A stretch of 64,000 nucleotides of DNA from the NCBI GenBank assembly GCA_036500965.1, contig DASYBC010000155.1, forward strand, positions 1,230 through 65,229, in the 5' to 3' direction. Origin of the DNA: Stellaceae bacterium. Lineage in GTDB: Bacteria > Pseudomonadota > Alphaproteobacteria > ATCC43930 > CGMCC-115725. The notes under the pieces are model-generated. The model ran no database searches. It worked only from the letters and a program-made list of their open reading frames with translations, and was not told where the DNA came from. Made by a program: the position numbers and the translations under genes. The first letter of the stretch is position 1, and each line of letters begins with the position of its first letter. Shown here in pieces: positions 8,303-23,624 of the stretch.

Positions 8303-11300
8303 ATGACAGCGGCGTCGAGCTTGCGCGAACCCGAACCTGATGCCGTGCGCGAAGGGCTGCGCATCTATAATCTCTTTCCGACATTAGCCGGCACCACCCG
8401 GCAATGGGCCGAGCATCTGCCGCGGATCGCGGCGATGGAGTTTAATGCCGTTTACGTCAACCCGTTTCATTATCCGGGCTTTTCCGGCAGCCTTTACGCG
8501 GTCAAGGACTATTACCGGCTGAACCCGCGTTTTCGCGGCGATGAACGGGCCGACGACGACAGCTTGCTGCGCGATTTCACCCGGGCGGCGGATGCCAACG
8601 GGCTGCGCGTGATCATGGATCTCGTGGTCAACCATACCTCGAAGGACAGCGAGCTGGTGGCCGACCACCCGCAATGGTTCGCCCATGACGCGCGCGGCGA
8701 GATCGTGTCGCCGTTTGCCACCGACCCCGCCGATCCGAGCCGCAAGACCGTGTGGGGCGACCTCGCCGAGCTCGATTACCAGGGGCCGCAGCGGCCCCAG
8801 CTCGTCGGCTATTTTCAGGATTTGGTGCGCCACTATGTGGGTCTCGGCTTTGGCGGCTTCCGCTGCGACGCGGCCTATAAGGTGCCGGCCGAGGTGTGGC
8901 GCGGCCTGACCGCCGCTGCCAGGGCTGCGGCGCCCGGAGTGGTGTTCTGCGCCGAGACAGTCGGCGCGCCCCAGGAGGCGGTGCTGGCGCTGGCCGATGC
9001 CGGGTTCGACTATCTTTACAACAGCGTCAAATGGTGGGATTTCGAGAGCCCGTGGCTGCTCGAGCAATATGAGGCGTTTCGCCATATAGCACCCTCGATC
9101 GGCTTTCCCGAGAGCCACGACACCCCGCGGCTGGTGACCGAGCTGCGCGCCGCCGGCGTCCCCGAAAGCGAGATCGAGCCGCGCTATCGCCAAGCTTATG
9201 CCTTCGCCGCGGCATATTCGGCGGGTGTGCTGATGCCGATGGGGTTTGAATACGGCTGGGGGCGGCAGCTCGAGGTGGTGATGCGAGGCGACGCGCCGCC
9301 CGAGCCGCGGCGCTTCGACCTGGGTCCGTTTATCGCCGATGTCAATGCGATCAAGCGGGAGATCCCGGCCTTGAACGAAGAAGGCCCGCAAATCCTGCTG
9401 CCGAGCGGCGACGACAAGCTGATCGTGCTGCAGCGCGAGACCGACAGCGGCGATGACCGGGCCTTTATCGCGGTGAACCGGGACCGGCGCCGCGCGCGCG
9501 AGATCGCGCCGGAGATTTTCGCTGCCGACGGCCTTGGCGAGGGATCGGAAACCGCGATGCCGGTGACTGCGTTGGTGGTCCCGCCGCTTGCTGTGCGGGT
9601 GCTGCACGTCGGCCGGGTGCAGGCCGAACCCGCCGCAATGCATCCACTGTGGCGGCCGGAAACCCGGATTGCGATCGAGGAGGTCTATCCCGAGCTCGAT
9701 GGCGGCCGCTACCCGGTCAAACGCATCGAGGGCGAGATTTTCGAGGTCTGGGCCGATTTGTTTCGCGATGGGCACGACCAGCTGCGCGCCGTCGTTAAAT
9801 ACCGGCGCGAGGGCGCGGTGTGGCGCGAAACCCCGCTCGCCTTCTTTGACAATGACCGCTGGGTCGCCCGCTTTCGCCTCGACCGGGCCGGGCTGTGGCA
9901 ATACACGATCGAGGCCTGGACCGACCGCTTCGCGAGCTGGCGCGAGGAGGTCGAGAAAAAGCGCGAAGCCGGCCAGCAGGTGGAGCTCGAGGTCGAGGAG
10001 GGCAGGGGGATCGTCGAGGCGGCGCTGGTCGAAGCCAAGCCCGGTGACGCGTCGGCAATCGGCAAGCTGCTGCGCGAGCTCGATCGCGGCGGCGACGCTG
10101 CGCGGGCCGCACTGTTGCTGTCGCCGGCGCTGCGCGAGGTAATGGAGCGGGCGGCGCCGCGCGAGGGGCTGGTGCGCTATGCGCGGGAGCTGGAGGTCGT
10201 CGTCGATCGCAAGGCCGCGCGTTTTGCCGCGTGGTACGAAATGTTTCCGCGCAGCCAGGGGCGCGAGCCCGGCAAGGGCGCGACCTTCGACGATTGCATC
10301 GCGCGCCTCCCGGAGATCGCGGCGCTGGGGTTCGATGTGGTGTATCTGCCGCCGATCCATCCGATCGGCCGGGTCAACCGCAAAGGGAAAGACAACAGCA
10401 CTGTCGCCCGGCCGGGCGATCCGGGCAGCCCCTATGCGATCGGGTCGGAAGAGGGCGGGCATTGCGCGGTCAACCCCGAGCTCGGCACGCTCGACGATTT
10501 CCGCCGCTTTGTGCGCGCCGCCGCGACGCACGGCATCGAAATAGCACTCGACTTTGCGGTGCAATGCGCGCCGGACCATCCCTGGGTGCGCCAGCACCCG
10601 CAATGGTTCCGCTTTCGCCCCGACGGCACGATCAAATACGCCGAGAACCCGCCGAAGAAATACGAGGACATCGTCAACGTCGATTTCGACAACCCGGACC
10701 GCGAGGGCCTGTGGGCGGCGTTGCGCGAGATCGTGCTGTTCTGGGTCGGCGAGGGGGTGCGCACCTTTCGCGTCGACAACCCGCACACCAAGCCATTGCC
10801 GTTTTGGGAATGGCTGATCCGCGAGGTCAAGCGGCACTGCCCCGAGGCGATCTTTCTGGCCGAGGCCTTCACCCGGCCGAAAATGATGCGCGCCTTGGCG
10901 AAAGCAGGTTTCAGCCAGTCCTACACCTATTTCACCTGGCGCAACACCAAACCCGAGCTGATCGAGTACTTGACCGAGCTGACCGGCTACCCGACCAAGG
11001 AATATTTTCGCCCCAACTTTTTCACCAACACCCCCGACATCCTACCGGTCTATCTGCAACAAGGGGGCCGGCCGGCGTTCCGGGTTCGGCTGGTGCTGGC
11101 CGCGACATTGTCCCCCGCCTATGGGATCTACAACGGCTTCGAATTGTGCGAGAACGAGGCCCTTCCCGGCCGCGAGGAATACGCCAATTCCGAGAAATAC
11201 GAGTACAAGGTCTGGGACTGGGACCGTCCCGGCAACATCAAGGATGACATCCGCGCGGTCAACCGCTGGCGCCGCGACAACCCGGCGTTGCGGGAATTCG

Positions 11301-11593
11301 TGAATTTGCGCTTTCTCGATTGTGCCGACCCCGACATCCTGGCTTATCTGAAAATCTCTTCCGACCGGGCCAACGCCGTGGTCGTTATTATCAATCTCGA
11401 CCCGCACGCGGTTCATGAGGGAACGGTCGAGCTGCCGCTGGCCGAGCTCGGGTTGACGGCCGACAGCGAATTCTCGCTTGAAGAAGCGTTTACCCGATCC
11501 ATCTTTACCTGCCGCGGCGCATACCCGCAGTTTCGCCTCGATCCTGAGACCAACCCCGCGCTGATTTTTCGCCTGCTTCGCCCAGAGCCCTGA
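8303..11593 (+). CDS. glgE: alpha-1,4-glucan:maltose-1-phosphate maltosyltransferase GlgE fused to an N-terminal extra GH13 domain
   Basis: The C-terminal ~650 aa (from the Met at 9638) are colinear with GlgE: RIAIEEVYPELDGGRYPVKR, AAWYEMFPRS, VVYLPPIHPIG, TFRVDNPHTKP, FLAEAFT. The N-terminal ~445 aa are a separate GH13 domain with GFRCDAA, FCAETVG and FPESHDT. Start set to the ATG at 8303. Confidence 0.85.
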   Translation: MTAASSLREPEPDAVREGLRIYNLFPTLAGTTRQWAEHLPRIAAMEFNAVYVNPFHYPGFSGSLYAVKDYYRLNPRFRGDERADDDSLLRDFTRAADANGLRVIMDLVVNHTSKDSELVADHPQWFAHDARGEIVSPFATDPADPSRKTVWGDLAELDYQGPQRPQLVGYFQDLVRHYVGLGFGGFRCDAAYKVPAEVWRGLTAAARAAAPGVVFCAETVGAPQEAVLALADAGFDYLYNSVKWWDFESPWLLEQYEAFRHIAPSIGFPESHDTPRLVTELRAAGVPESEIEPRYRQAYAFAAAYSAGVLMPMGFEYGWGRQLEVVMRGDAPPEPRRFDLGPFIADVNAIKREIPALNEEGPQILLPSGDDKLIVLQRETDSGDDRAFIAVNRDRRRAREIAPEIFAADGLGEGSETAMPVTALVVPPLAVRVLHVGRVQAEPAAMHPLWRPETRIAIEEVYPELDGGRYPVKRIEGEIFEVWADLFRDGHDQLRAVVKYRREGAVWRETPLAFFDNDRWVARFRLDRAGLWQYTIEAWTDRFASWREEVEKKREAGQQVELEVEEGRGIVEAALVEAKPGDASAIGKLLRELDRGGDAARAALLLSPALREVMERAAPREGLVRYARELEVVVDRKAARFAAWYEMFPRSQGREPGKGATFDDCIARLPEIAALGFDVVYLPPIHPIGRVNRKGKDNSTVARPGDPGSPYAIGSEEGGHCAVNPELGTLDDFRRFVRAAATHGIEIALDFAVQCAPDHPWVRQHPQWFRFRPDGTIKYAENPPKKYEDIVNVDFDNPDREGLWAALREIVLFWVGEGVRTFRVDNPHTKPLPFWEWLIREVKRHCPEAIFLAEAFTRPKMMRALAKAGFSQSYTYFTWRNTKPELIEYLTELTGYPTKEYFRPNFFTNTPDILPVYLQQGGRPAFRVRLVLAATLSPAYGIYNGFELCENEALPGREEYANSEKYEYKVWDWDRPGNIKDDIRAVNRWRRDNPALREFVNLRFLDCADPDILAYLKISSDRANAVVVIINLDPHAVHEGTVELPLAELGLTADSEFSLEEAFTRSIFTCRGAYPQFRLDPETNPALIFRLLRPEP

Positions 11594-14500
11594 TGACCCC
11601 ACCCGACGATCCCGTTGCTGCCGCGCTGCCGCTGAGCCGCGCGCTGGCCCGCCCCGCGACCTCGGACCCGCTGTGGTACAAGGACGCGATCATCTATCAG
11701 TTGCACGTCAAGGCATTTTTCGATGCCGACGATGACGGGATCGGCGACTTTCAGGGGCTGTGCCACAAGCTCGACTATTTGCAGGATCTCGGCGTCACGG
11801 CGCTGTGGCTGCTGCCGTTCTATCCCTCGCCATTGCGCGACGACGGCTACGACATCTCGGACTACAAGAACGTCAACCCGTCTTATGGCCGAATGCACGA
11901 TTTCAAGAATTTCGTGCGCGAGGCGCATCGCCGCAATCTGCGGGTCATCACCGAGCTGGTGATCAACCACACCTCGGACCAGCATCCCTGGTTTCAACGC
12001 GCGCGTCAGGCCAAGCGCGGCTCGCATCTGCGCGATTTCTATGTGTGGAGCGACACCGACCAAAAATTTCCGGAAACCCGCATCATCTTTGTCGATACCG
12101 AGAAATCGAACTGGGCCTGGGACCCGGTGGCCCAGGCCTATTATTGGCACCGCTTCTATTCGCACCAGCCTGATCTCAATTTCGACAATCCGCGAGTGTT
12201 CCGCGCGGTCGCCGACGTGATGAAGTTCTGGCTCGACCTCGGGGTCGACGGGATGCGGCTCGACGCCGTGCCCTACCTGATCGAGCGCGAAAAGACGCTC
12301 AACGAGAATTTGCCGGAGACCCACGAGATCCTGCGGCGGCTGCGTCATGAGCTCGACCACCGCTATGGCGATCGCATGCTGCTCGCCGAGGCCAATCAAT
12401 GGCCCGAGGACGTGCTGCAATATTTCGGCGGCGGCGACGAATGCCACATGGCGTTTCACTTTCCGCTGATGCCGCGGATTTACATGGCGGTGTCGACCGA
12501 GGACCGCCATCCGATCACCGACATCATGCGCCAGACCCCGGATATTCCGGATGCGTGCCAATGGGCGGTGTTTCTGCGCAATCACGACGAGCTGACGCTC
12601 GAAATGGTCACCGACCGCGAGCGCGACTATCTGTGGAACCATTACGCGGCCGACCGGCGGGCGCGGATCAATCTCGGGATCAGGCGGCGGCTGGCGCCGT
12701 TGATGGAGAATGACCGCCGCCGGATCGAATTGTTGAATGCGCTCCTGATCTCGATGCCGGGCACGCCGGTGTTCTATTACGGCGACGAGATCGGCATGGG
12801 CGACAATGTCTTCCTGCGCGACCGCGACGGCGTGCGCACGCCGATGCAATGGTCGTTTGACCGCAATGGCGGCTTCTCGCGCGCCGACCCGGCCCGGCTC
12901 TATCTGCCGCCGATCATGGATTCGGTCTACGGCTTCGAGGCGGTCAATGTCGAGGCGCAGAGCCGCTCGCCGTCATCCTTGCTGAACTGGATGAAGCGGC
13001 TGATCGCGGCGCGCCGCTCGCGCCGCGCCTTTGGCCGCGGGGCGTTGCGGTTTCTGTATCCTGCGAACCGCAAGGTCATCGCCTATCTGCGCACCGATGG
13101 CGACGAGGCGATCCTGTGCGTCGCCAATCTGTCGCGCTCGCCGCAGGCGGTGGAGCTCGACCTCGCCGAATTTCGTGGCCGCTACCCGGTCGAATTGCTC
13201 GGCCGCAGCAGCTTTCCGAGCATTGGCGACCTGCCATATCTGTTGACCTTGCAAGGGCACAGCTTCTTTTGGTTCGAGCTGTTGCTGAGCGCGCAGGAGG
13301 CGGCGAATTTGCAATCGACACCGCCCGAATTCATCACCCTGGTCATGCCGCAAGGCTGGGCCGATTTGTTCCGCCCGCACAATCTGGTGCAGCTCGAAAG
13401 CGACGTAATCCCGGCCTTTATGGGGCGTCAGCGCTGGTTTGCGGCCAAGGACCGGCGGATCCGCCAAGCCCGGGTCGCGGCGCGTGGCGAGATCGCCCAA
13501 CCGGCGGAAGAGGGTGCGGCGGCGGAGACCTTCCTCGCGGCCGTGGCCGAGGTCGGATTTCGCGAGGGCGACGCGCAACATTATTTTGTGCCGCTCGCCC
13601 AAATCTGGTCGCCGGCCGAGACCGAGCTGCGCCAGGGCTTGGCTCCGGTCACGCTGGCCGAGCTGCGCCAGTTCCGCCGCGAGGGCGCCGTCGTCGATGC
13701 CTTGTCGCAGGACGGCTTTGTCCTGGCGGTCATGGCGGCGATCGCGGCCGAGGCCCGGCTGCCGCTCGATCGCGGCGAAATCCGCTGCGTCCAGACGCCG
13801 AGCTATCAGCAGACCGCCGTCCCGGAGCGGCTGACGGTTCGCCGCGCCGGCGTCGAGCAGTCGAACAGCTCGGTGTTCTTCGACGAATACGGCATGCTCA
13901 AGATTTACCGGCGGCTGCAGCCCGGCCCGCATCCGGAGATCGAGATGTCGCGGTTTCTGGTCGAGCGCGCCGGCTTCGCCAACACGCCGCCGCCGCTGGC
14001 GACGCTCGAATTGGCGCTCGACGGCGAGAACGGGCCGCAGACGATGGCGCTCGGCGTGCTGTTCGGCTTTGTCCGCAATCAGGGCGACGGCTGGACCCAG
14101 GCGCTCAATTATCTGACGCGCTACCTGGACGACGCGCTGATCGCGACCGATGCGCGCTCCTCCGAGCTGGCCGACCCCGACCTGTTCTTTCTGGCGCTGG
14201 CCCGCCAGATCGGCATCCGCACCGCCGAGATGCACCGCGCGCTCGCCGAGCACGGCGGCGACGATCCCGATTTCGCCCCCGAGCCGATCACCGGCGACGA
14301 TATCCGGGAATGGCGCCAGGCGCTCGAAACCGAAGCCGCGGCGATGCTGACAAAGCTCGAGCACGAGCACCGAAATCTGCCGGAGAGCGCGCGCGAGCGT
14401 GCCGAGCAGCTGCTGGCGCGCCGCGACCTGTTGCTGGACCGCGTGCGCACCCTGCTTCCCGACGAGGTCAGGGCGCAGAAGACCCGGTATCACGGCGATT

Positions 14501-14944
14501 ACCATCTCGGCCAAGTGATCGTCGTCAAGAACGATTTTTTTGTCGTCGATTTCGAGGGCGAGCCGTCGCGTCCGCTCGCCTCGCGGCGCGGCAAGAGCTC
14601 ACCCTTGCGCGACGTCGCCGGGATGATGCGCTCGTTTGATTATGCCGCCGTCGCCGCGGTGCGCCATCTGGCCGAAACCCGCCCAGCGGCCGAGCCGCGC
14701 ATGGTGCAGCTGGCCGAGACCTGGCGCCAGCGCGCGGTTGATGGGTTCCGCGCCGCCTATCGCAAGACGATGCGCGGTTGCCCCGCCTATCCGGCGAGCA
14801 AAAAGCAGGCGCGCGATATGACTGCGTTCTTCACTTTGGAAAAAGCCGTCTACGAGGTGTTCTACGAGCTGGCGAACCGGCCGGCCTGGGTCGACATCCC
14901 GCTCGACGGCATTCTCGGCATCCTGGACAAGAAGGCGGGGACCG

Positions 14945-14961
<17 letters not shown>
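11593..14961 (+). CDS. treS: trehalose synthase / maltokinase fusion (TreS-Pep2)
   Basis: N-terminal [17 protein letters not shown]...VINHTS...GMRLDAV TreS motifs. The C-terminal ~450 aa are maltokinase-like ([10 protein letters not shown]). TGATG overlap with the glgE stop. Confidence 0.9.
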
Positions 14962-17272
<2,311 letters not shown>

Positions 17273-17373
17273 TCGCCCGAGGCGCAGCTCGATGACGCGG
17301 ACCCGGCTCCTCGTTCGCCAGCCGCCGCTCTACCCTGCCGTTCGCGGCTCGCCCGAACTGCGCTGAGCGGGCG

Positions 17374-19630
<2,257 letters not shown>

Positions 19631-19647
<17 letters not shown>

Positions 19648-21439
19648 GCTGCCCTTTGGCGCCGAGCTGGTGGCCGGCGGGGTCCGCTTTCGCCTGTGGG
19701 CGCCGCGCGCAAAGGCCGCGTCGCTGCAGCTCGAAGGCCAGCCCCCGCGTATCGTCGCAATGGAGCGCCAGGCGGAGGGCTGGTTCGCATTGACCACCGA
19801 TCTCGCCCGGGCGGGCACGCGCTATCGCTACCTGGTCGACGGCGCGAGCTTTCCAGATCCGGCGTCGCGCTGTCAGCCCGAGGGCGTGCATGGGTCAAGC
19901 GAGGTCGTCGATCCGGCGGCCCATGACTGGCACGATGATGGCTGGGGCGGCCGGCCGTGGGAAGAGATCGTGCTTTACGAGCTGCATCTCGGTGCTTTTT
20001 CGGAAACCGGCGATTTCGGGGGGGCAGCGCGCCATCTCGACCATCTGTGCCGGCTGGGGGTGAGCGCGGTCGAGCTGATGCCGATCGCCGAGTTTCCGGG
20101 CAGCCGCAACTGGGGATACGACGGCGCCTTTCTCTATGCCCCATCGTCCCGCTATGGCCGGCCCGACGCGCTGAAGGCGCTGGTCGAGGCGTGCCACGCG
20201 CGCGGCCTCGCCGTGCTGCTCGACGTCGTCTATAATCATTTCGGCCCGGAGGGGAATTACCTGCCGGCGATCGCCCCCGATTTCTTTACCGAGCGACACC
20301 GCACGCCGTGGGGCGCCGCGCTCGATTTCGCCGGGCCGCACGGCCGGCCGGTGCGTGATTTCTTCATCGAGAACGCGCTCTATTGGCTCGAGGAGTATCA
20401 TTTCGACGGGCTGCGCTTCGACGCCGTCCACGCGATTTTCGACGAGACGATGCCCGACATCATCGACGAGATCGGCGATCGGGTCCGTCGGCGAGTGACC
20501 GACCGGCCAGTGCATCTGGTCCTCGAAAACGACCGCAACGAGGCCCGCCGCCTGACCCGGCGCGCCGGCCGGCCGGAGCGTTTCACCGCGCAATGGAACG
20601 ACGATCTGCACCATGCCCTGCACGTGCTGATCACCGGCGACGACACCGGGTATTACGGCGATTACGCCGATGCGCCGGCCGGCCATCTCGGCCGCGCCTT
20701 AGCCGAAGGTTTTGCCTATCAGGGCAAGCCGTCGCCATTTCGCGAGGGCAGGCCGCGCGGCGAGCCGTCGGCCGCACTGCCGGCGACCGCGTTCGTCGCC
20801 TTTTTGCAGAACCACGACCAGGTCGGCAATCATCCGATGGGCACGCGGCTTTTGGCGCGCGCGTCGGAGCCGGCCGTGCATGCCGGCCTCGCGATCGTGC
20901 TGCTGTCGCCGCAAATCCCGATGCTGTTCATGGGCGAGGAGTGGGGAACCCGCCGGCCTTTCGCATTCTTCTGCGACTTCGAGCCCGGCCTGGCCGAGGC
21001 GGTGCGCGAAGGGCGGCGCCGCGAATTTGCGCATTTTCCCGAATTCCAGGACGAGGCCGCGCGCCAACGCATCCCCGACCCGACGGCCGAGACGAGCTTT
21101 GCGATGTCGCGGCTCGACTGGGCCGAGCCGGCGCAGCCGGACCATGCGCGCTGGCTCGCCCGCTGCCGCAGCCTGATCGAGCTCCGGCGCCGCGAGATCG
21201 TGCCGCGGCTCGCAGGTCAAGCGTCCTCCGCTGGCCGTTATCGCGTCACCGGGCCGCGGTCGCTCACCGTCGAGTGGCAGCTCGGCGACCGCTCGCGGCT
21301 GCTGCTGGCGGCGAATTTTTCCGGCCAGGCCGTGCCGGCCCCGAGGGAAGCGGGTGCGGCGACAATGCTCTATTCGTCGGCCGGCGCCGAGGCGCCAGTC
21401 GGCGCCAGCTTTTACCTGTTGCCGCCGGCCGCGCGCTGA
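19631..21439 (+). CDS. treZ: malto-oligosyltrehalose trehalohydrolase
   Basis: FGAELVAGGVRFRLWAP, YELHLGAF, NWGYDG, VVYNHFGPEGNY, GLRFDAVH. Start set to the ATG at 19631, overlapping the glgX end. Confidence 0.9.
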
Positions 21440-21440
21440 C

Positions 21441-23624
21441 ATGAGCGATCGCGCCGCGCTGGTCCGTCTGGCCGGCCTCGTCGGCATTGCGACGCAATAT
21501 ACTGACGCGCTCGGCCGAATTCGCGAGTCCACCGGCGAAAGCCTGCAAGCGGCGATCGATGCCTTCGGGCTGCCGCCCGACCCGGCGTTGGCGGCGGCCG
21601 TGCTGGAGGAAAGCGAACGAGCCCTCCCTTTGGGGCTGGCGCCGGTTCAAATCTTGCCTGCTGAAGACAGACACCCGGTGCTGACGCTTCGCTTGCCCGC
21701 CGCATCCCGCGCAATCGAGTGGACGTGCCGTCTCGAAAATGGCGAGCAGCGCGCGGGCAGCGCCACGGTCGAGCGCAAAGGGCGGCGCAGCGCATCCGTC
21801 CTGCCGCTGCCGACGGGGCTGGCGCAGGGCTATCACCGCTTGCAGGTTGAAGCCGGCGGCATCGTCGCCGAGACCGATCTGATCGTCGCACCCCTTGGCT
21901 GTCACCTGCCGGCGGAGCTGGGGCACGGCGAGCGTCGCTGGGGGTTGACCTGCCAGCTCTATGGGCTGCGCAGCGAGCATAATTGGGGACTCGGCGATTT
22001 CAGCGATCTCGCGAGCTTGGCGCGGCTCGCCGGCTCGCTGGGCGCCGCCGTGCTCGGCGTCAACCCGCTGCACGCGCGCTTTGCGGCCGAGCCGCTGCAT
22101 GTCAGCCCCTACTCGCCTTCGAGCCGCGTCCGCCTCGATTATCTCTACATCGACCCGTCGGCGGTGCCCGGCTTCGCCGCTGACGAAACCATTCAACGCC
22201 TGATGCGCGGCGAATGGTTCGGCGCCACTCGTTGGGCTGCCCGCTCGGCGAAGTTGATCGATTACGGCGCAGTCGCCGCCTGCAAGCGGCCGGTGCTGGA
22301 GGCGTTATGGCGCCGCTTTGGCGCGCTCGATCTGGGCGACGGCGAAACCGCGCGCAGCGCCCCCGGTGAGGCGTTCCGCGAATTTCAGCGTAGTGGCGGC
22401 CGATCGCTGCTCGATTTCGCAACCTTCGAGGCGCTGCATGAGCACCACTGCCGTGAAAGGCGCAGCTTCTCGTGGCGCAACTGGCCCGCACCGATGCGAA
22501 ATCCGCGGTCGCCCGAGGTCGCCGAGTTCGCTGCGGCGCATCGCGATCGCGTCGAGTTCTTTCAGTTCCTGCAGTGGCAGGCCGAGCGTCAGCTGGCCGC
22601 GGCCGCGGCGGCGGGGCGAGACGGCGGGCTGTCGATCGGCCTCTATCGCGATTTCGCGGTCGGCGCCGACCCGAACGGGGCCGATGCTTGGGCCGATCAG
22701 GAGCTGGTGGTGCCGCGCGCCTCGATCGGAGCGCCGCCCGACATATTGAGCCGCACCGGACAGAATTGGGGGCTGGCGCCGATCAATCCGCTGGTGCTGC
22801 GCCGGCAGCGCTTTGCGCCGTTCATCGCTTCTCTGCGCGCCAATATCCGCCACGCCGGCGTATTGCGCATCGATCACGTCATGGCGCTCAAGCGCCTCTA
22901 CTGGATTCCGAGCGGAATGGCGGCGAATGCCGGCTGTTATGTGAACTATCCATTCGACGATCTGCTGCGGCTCGTCGCGTTGGAGAGTTGTCGGGAGCGG
23001 TGCGCCATAGTCGGCGAGGATTTGGGCACCGTGCCGCAAGGCTTTCGCGAAACGATGCGGTCAGCGAAGGTGCTGTCCTACCGCATCCTGGGGTTCGAAC
23101 GGCAGGAAGATGGCCGCTTTGTCCCGCCGGCGGCGTATCCGCCGCTTGCCGCCGCCTCGGTGGCGACCCATGATCTTGCCACACTTGCCGGGTTCTGGCT
23201 GGGCTGCGACATCGCTTGGCGCCACCGGCTGGGCCTTTATCCCGATGCCCAGGCCGAGGCGGCCGAAGCGGCCGAGCGCAGCCGCGATCGCCAGCGGCTT
23301 TTGGAGGCTCTGGCTCGTGAAGGGTTGCTGGCGGCCCGGGATTTTGACAGGTTTTTCTCGGCAGATGGCGGCCCGGTCTACGCGCCGGAGCTTGGCGACG
23401 CGATCCAACGATATCTCGCTCGCTCGCCCGCGCGACTGATGCTGGTTCAACTCGAGGATGTGCTCGGCGAGAGCGAGCAGGCGAACTTGCCCGGGACGAC
23501 CGAGGCGCACCCCAATTGGCGCCGTCGCCTCAGCCGCACCCTCGAAGAAATTGCCGATGGCCCCGAACTGGCGCGGGTCGCGGGGTTGGTCGATGAGGCG
23601 CGCCGGCGCTCGGCCCAGGCATGA
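21441..23624 (+). CDS. malQ: 4-alpha-glucanotransferase (amylomaltase, long form)
   Basis: C-terminal GH77 motifs GVNPLH, SPYSPSSR, LRIDHVMAL, GEDLGTVP, ATHDL. ATG 2 nt after the treZ stop. Confidence 0.9.
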   Translation: MSDRAALVRLAGLVGIATQYTDALGRIRESTGESLQAAIDAFGLPPDPALAAAVLEESERALPLGLAPVQILPAEDRHPVLTLRLPAASRAIEWTCRLENGEQRAGSATVERKGRRSASVLPLPTGLAQGYHRLQVEAGGIVAETDLIVAPLGCHLPAELGHGERRWGLTCQLYGLRSEHNWGLGDFSDLASLARLAGSLGAAVLGVNPLHARFAAEPLHVSPYSPSSRVRLDYLYIDPSAVPGFAADETIQRLMRGEWFGATRWAARSAKLIDYGAVAACKRPVLEALWRRFGALDLGDGETARSAPGEAFREFQRSGGRSLLDFATFEALHEHHCRERRSFSWRNWPAPMRNPRSPEVAEFAAAHRDRVEFFQFLQWQAERQLAAAAAAGRDGGLSIGLYRDFAVGADPNGADAWADQELVVPRASIGAPPDILSRTGQNWGLAPINPLVLRRQRFAPFIASLRANIRHAGVLRIDHVMALKRLYWIPSGMAANAGCYVNYPFDDLLRLVALESCRERCAIVGEDLGTVPQGFRETMRSAKVLSYRILGFERQEDGRFVPPAAYPPLAAASVATHDLATLAGFWLGCDIAWRHRLGLYPDAQAEAAEAAERSRDRQRLLEALAREGLLAARDFDRFFSADGGPVYAPELGDAIQRYLARSPARLMLVQLEDVLGESEQANLPGTTEAHPNWRRRLSRTLEEIADGPELARVAGLVDEARRRSAQA

